In this document: in pieces, positions 47,280 to 49,217 of the stretch
Layout of the letters: every line of letters begins with the position of its first letter
Numbering within the stretch: position 1 is the stretch's first letter
Source of the DNA: Veleropilina oligotropha
Taxonomy: Eukaryota
Direction: 5' to 3'
Assembly (NCBI GenBank): GCA_048128005.1
Contig: JBEUKZ010000118.1
Location: forward strand, 62,001-111,217
Length of the DNA: 49,217 bases
The notes under the pieces: generated by a model
The model's input: the letters and a program-made list of their open reading frames with translations, nothing else
Told to the model about the DNA's origin: nothing
Database searches by the model: none
Translations under genes and position numbers: made by a program

Positions 47280-49090
47280 GGTGATATGGTACAAAAAATT
47301 ATATTACATTACATTGATACGGTTTGTCTTTCGTATAAGTGCGCGTGTGCGGTACTAGGGCGAATTGATACGGCAATGCCTGTTCACACACCGTGCATCG
47401 ATATGGTTTCTCCCCCGTGTGAGTTCGTAAATGTAACCGAATTACGAAAATGCCCTGGCGAAAATACAACACTTGTGTGTGTTTTTCTCCTGTATGCTAA
47501 CGCATGTACACTCGTCACTCATTTATTATTTAACTGAATCACCGCATATAATAAATATGGCGCTGGCAAAATATAAACATATTTGAGTCATTTTGGCTGA
47601 GGCACAGTCCCCCGGACGACCCGTCACAAATAAAAAAAATGTATCGAAATCGCCAGGCAAATGGCCCAGATATTGATTGCTATACAACATAGAGACAAGT
47701 TGTGCAACGTCAAAATGGCGATAATTGGTAAACACTAGCAATACACGGTCACAACTTTATACATACAAAATTGACATACCTCGTACTGCTGGAATAGATA
47801 AACGAGGTATTTTTCTTGCTATCGGTGTACTTGTTCAAGGTTTATTTGGACACTGGGCTGAGAATCGGAACCTTTTTACCGATCACTCCAACACACAAGT
47901 TTGTAACGCAGGACATGACATCGCAGCTCCGCAGCGAACTCAAATATTATATATTTAATAAAATAAATACTTTGTTATTTGTCTTTACTTGTAATTTATT
48001 GCTTTAAATACATTATTTATATGTACATTTTGTCTGCGATTTTTTTTTAAAGACCTGTTAAAGAAAACGTTATTTTTTTTTACAAGATTATGTAAAGGGA
48101 GATAACTGGATACGATGTCTCAAATATATAATATTTGTGTTCGCTGCGGAGCTGCGATGTCATGTCCTGCGTTGCAAACTTGTGTGTTGGAATAGTCCAC
48201 TCTGCATATCTCATCAATGTGTCTTCAAATATATTTTATTTTGCGTCTGCTAAGTTTACAGACCGTAGAACAATCCAGGCAGTTTCGAAAATCATCTCAT
48301 TCAGATATGTATAGTCGCCTTTATCGTATTATACTATATTTAAATTTGCTCATCGTAATATCATATTATCCTTTATCACATTACAAACCTGTTATGCAAC
48401 CGCAGAACCCATTTCATATTTTCCATATGAAACACACGTCTAATAACTATAGAAATGACGATGAGCATGATGTCATCTGGCGCGAATTTGATTAGGTGGC
48501 GCATCACCCTAATTAACATATTGATTAATTCACACCTGTTGATTGGTCTACTTAAAAAAAACAAATATAAGGACCTATTTTGTATTAGCGTACTGGCGTG
48601 GTACGTGCTCTCGTGGCGTGATGCGTCTCAGTTTAAAAATGTAAATAAATCATTTTAAAAACGTAAAACATAAGTTTAAAGGTGAATAATGTCATGTGAT
48701 CAAGAAGATTTCAAACTTGTTTCCATTTCATATGATAATTATCAAACTCATCAGCAAATGTACCGGTATGTACCTCGCCAAGAGTCTGTACATAAATGAT
48801 GCCCGTCTCGTTTCATAATTCTCATATGAAATGGAAGCTCGTTTCATATCCTCTATATACGTCAGAAATGAGCGATGACTGTTACCGGAAAATTACGATA
48901 GGTGTGTCGTATCTTAAGTCTTTCACCATGTCGTGTTCATTCGATAGGATAGTTAGTGTCCAGTATATTGGCCAGCTGTTGTCACAATGGCGTAGAAAGA
49001 AAATTTGGATTGAGAGGTGGGAGGTAAGAGAGAAAAAGGGCACTTTGCTTAACTAATTTTATATAAAGGTAATTTTGAGCGGTACATTGC

Positions 49091-49217
<127 letters not shown>

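Overview
AT-rich, repeat-dense eukaryotic (probably invertebrate animal) DNA; I recognise no intact host gene. The main object is a GC-rich, gene-dense, intron-less endogenous Polinton/adintovirus-like element at about 1678-10784. Its + strand carries a 5'-truncated putative major capsid gene, an A32/FtsK-like packaging ATPase, several small membrane-type ORFs and a retroviral-type DDE integrase. Its - strand carries a convergent replication polyprotein of about 1280 codons (HeH / vOTU-like / degenerate protein-primed PolB / SF1 helicase / HNH-like finger), split by one in-frame TAG. The element ends not in a recognisable Polinton TIR but in a Helitron-type 3' terminus (hairpin + CTAG|T) nearly identical to that of a short Helitron at 13327-13641. 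The rest of the window contains an inverted duplication (1-1644 vs about 29350-32329), MITEs with 5-bp TSDs, a Helentron-like element with a 166-bp satellite, LINE/SINE/Tc1/Academ/EnSpm-like remnants, a decayed C2H2 zinc-finger array and simple repeats. All family assignments come from motif recognition by eye, not database searches.
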